DNA of 64,000 nucleotides from an uncultured Gammaproteobacteria bacterium (GTDB lineage Bacteria; Pseudomonadota; Gammaproteobacteria; JABCZS01): NCBI GenBank assembly GCA_963848305.1, contig CAWKDC010000003.1, positions 96,001 to 160,000 of the forward strand, read 5' to 3'. Shown piece by piece: positions 61,033 to 64,000 of this stretch (position 1 is its first letter; each line of letters starts with the position of its first letter). The notes under the pieces were generated by a model. It saw only the letters and a program-made list of their open reading frames with translations, ran no database searches and was not told where the DNA came from. The position numbers and the translations under genes were made by a program.

Positions 61033-64000
61033 CCATATTCGACAAGAAGCGTTGAATCCCCATCAATCCTTCATTGTGCAAGCACCTGCCGGGTCGGGTA
61101 AAACACAATTGCTTACATCTCGTATGCTGACGTTACTGGCCACGAGGGTGACAACACCCGAATCCATTTTGGCCATCACATTCACCAAAAAAGCATCGCA
61201 AGAGATGAAGCGACGCGTCATGGGCGCCTTGCAATTAGCTTGTGGGCCTGAGCCTGATCAGGATCATGAACGTGCATTGTGGTTGCTTGGAAAAAAAGTA
61301 TTGGTGGCTGATCATAAGTATGAATGGGGGTTATTATTAAATCCTCAACGTTTGAGGATCATGACCATCGACTCACTGTGCAGCAGCATCACGCATCAAT
61401 TGCCTCTATCTTCACGATTAGGTGCTAATCCTTCCCGTGTAGAAAACGCGAGCACACTTTATTTGCAAGCAGCACAAATGACAGTGTCTCAATGTTTAAC
61501 ATCAAATCAGACTGAAGATAATGCGATACAAACATTATTGTTGCATCTTAACAATAAACAAGCTCTGGCGTGTGAATCCATCGCCAACATGTTAGCATCG
61601 CGCGAGCAATGGTTGGGTTTGATATTTTCACAGCAATCTCATGATATGGAAACATTACGTCATCATCTGGAAAGAAGTATTGCGGATGTGGTTAAAGATA
61701 GCTTTGAAAAGATCATGTCATCTTTATGGTCTGTGGATTGGGATGGAGTGGCGCTTTATTTAAATTATGCAGCATCGAATATGGAATCACAATATCATCA
61801 AGAAATCATGCGTGAATGGATTGGCTTGTCATGTGATGTGAGTGATCTGGAAAAATGGCGTGCATTGTCTCAATGGTTGTGTACCACAGAAGGCGCATTG
61901 CGTAAAACAGTTGATAAAAGACAGGGTTTTCCAGCTGCATCGAGTATTAAGGTCAAGGAACATGCGACTCGCGCAAAGCTCATGAAAGAAGGGTTTATTG
62001 CTTGGCTGGATCAAGTTCGCGAAGATGAGCAAGCGGTTGGCGCATTGAAAGATTTGATATCATTACCGGATCCGGTTTATGCAGATCAACAATGGAATGT
62101 GTTAAAAGCCTTGTTCACCCTACTGCCAAAAGCGGTTGAACAGTTATACCTTTTATTTGAATCTCGTGGCGAAACTGATTTCAGCGCCGTCTCTCGATGC
62201 GCCCTGACGGCATTGGGTGGTGAAAATGATCCGACAGATCTCGATCTTAAATTCGATGATGCCCTGCACCATATTTTAGTCGATGAATTTCAGGATACAT
62301 CGTTAACACAATTTGAACTGGTGAGGCGTCTTGTGGCACACTGGGAAAATGATGGTGAAAAAACATTGTTTCTGGTGGGAGACCCGATGCAATCCATTTA
62401 CCGTTTTCGTCAAGCTGAGGTCGGCGGTTTTCTTCAAGCACAACAGTTTGGCATTGGCCCTATACAGTTAAAAAGCCTTAGCTTGCGTTCAAATTTCCGT
62501 TCAGAAAAACCTATCATTGATTGGATCAATGAACACATGCCTCGTACTTTTGCTGTTGAGGAAGATATTTATTTGGGCGCGATCACCTATGCCCCTTTTG
62601 ATGCTCAATTACCTGCAGGTTCAGATTCGGGTGTTTTCTTAAAGTGGATCGAGGGATCTGAGGGTTTGTGTGAATCATTCATTCACACGCTGAATGCTTT
62701 AGAAGCTGACGACAATATAAAATCCATTGCTATTTTAGTGCGGAACAGGGGACATGTTGAAGCAATTTTGCCAGCCTTGCGCAAAGCCAATATTGCTTAT
62801 CAAGCTGTTGAGATTGAAAAAATCACACAAACATCTTGTGTTAGACAATTATTGCAATTAACGCGTGCCTACTTGAATAGGGCTGATACTCAGGCTTGGT
62901 TGGCAGTGTTGATGTCACCTTACTTGGGGTTATCATTGGCCGATTTGACTTGCTTGCGCGAGCACGCCACGTTATACATCGATGCAATTGCGACATGGGA
63001 GAGTGTGCCTGGCATCTCTGAAACTGGGCGTGCGATATTAACACGCGTATCGCCTGTTTTAACTGATTGGATATTGCAAAAAAACAGATTACCTCTTGCG
63101 CAAGCAGTGGAAGGTGCCTGGTTGGCATTGGGGGGCCTGCTTCTCTGCCTGGTATTCAACATTTAGCTGATGCACAAGCTTTTTTTGACTTGTTGCATGC
63201 CTGTGATGAAGGTGGAACAATAGATTTGATCACATTTGAAAATCGTTTAGACAATCTATTTTCGAATGCTTCTCAATCAGCAAAAATTCAAATCATGACC
63301 ATTCATAAATCAAAAGGGTTAGAATTTGATGCTGTCTTGATACCTTCACTGGAGCGTCAACCAAAAGCATCTGAAAAGCCATTGTTATTGTGGGAATCCT
63401 GTCCTATTGATCAAGAGAATGTATTATTATTTGCACCCATCCATGAGGCGCAAGAAGACGTCGATCCCATTTACGAATTCATGTGGAAAAAACATAAAAT
63501 CCGAGAACGTCATGAAAATGCGAGATTATTGTATGTTGCGCTTACCCGTGCTAAAAAGCAGTTGCATTTGTTTGCAGAAAAAAAGAAACCCCGTCAAGAC
63601 AGTTTTTTAGCATTGCTTCAAGGTGCTTTTGATGCCTTTTCCCTCGCGGAAGCAGATATTGCTTCAGACGCAATACCTGCTCAAATGATACCATTATCAT
63701 ATCATCTTCAACGACTAGATCCCCATTGGAAACATCCATTTCTTGAGCAACTATTGAAAGCGCATCATGATGCGAAGATAGTTAAAAATAATCCGATTGA
63801 TCATGATATGATTATTCCTGATCGGTATGTTGACAAAACATTGGGTACATTAATTCATCAGATCCTATATTTATGGGCTGAGCAACCATTTTTACTGAAG
63901 CAGCCCATTGAGCAACAGCTTCCTTGTTGGAAGGCAATGTTGCTTGAAAATGGACTTTCGTTAACGCATCTTGATTGGGTTAAGCATGTGATGCAGTCTG
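61022..64000 (+). CDS. AddA-like UvrD helicase; frameshift at G-tract 63130-63135; runs off the window
   Basis: APAGSGKT, AITFT, VDEFQDTS, VGDPMQSIYRFR; after the shift MTIHKSKGLEFD and LLYVALTRAK. Confidence 0.87.

Noticed and set aside
63407-63739. Small ORFs near the window end
   Set aside because: They lie within the frameshifted continuation of the AddA-like helicase

Overview
A 64-kb chromosomal window from a gammaproteobacterium; gene content and order suggest a Legionellales/Coxiella-like amoeba-associated lineage, which is an inference. Housekeeping blocks are clpB (5'-truncated), rpsP-rimM-trmD-rplS, pyrF, diaA/gmhA-dolP, mltF, purL, glpD, leuS-lptE-holA, rsfS-rlmH-mrdA-rodA-mltB, ptrB and an AddB/AddA-like pair. 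A ~19-kb ABC-transporter-type surface polysaccharide locus (rmlBDAC, wzm/wzt, manC, wecA, ugd, galU, glycosyltransferases) contains an intact 1876-bp IS with 21-bp inverted repeats and a 9-bp target duplication that splits a glycosyltransferase. The most unusual part is a ~7-kb block between holA and rsfS, where nadD normally lies. It holds a divergent ~1480-aa biotin carboxylase with permuted domain order (CT-BCCP-BC) and retained catalytic motifs, an orphan VgrG/gp5 spike-only gene, an LRR-like protein, and tandem REPIN-like palindromes that flank the carboxylase. A second accessory patch (6.7-10.5 kb) has an RHH/PIN toxin-antitoxin pair and effector-like orphans. Two single-base homopolymer frameshifts may be sequencing errors. 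All homology calls come from motif recognition; no searches were run.
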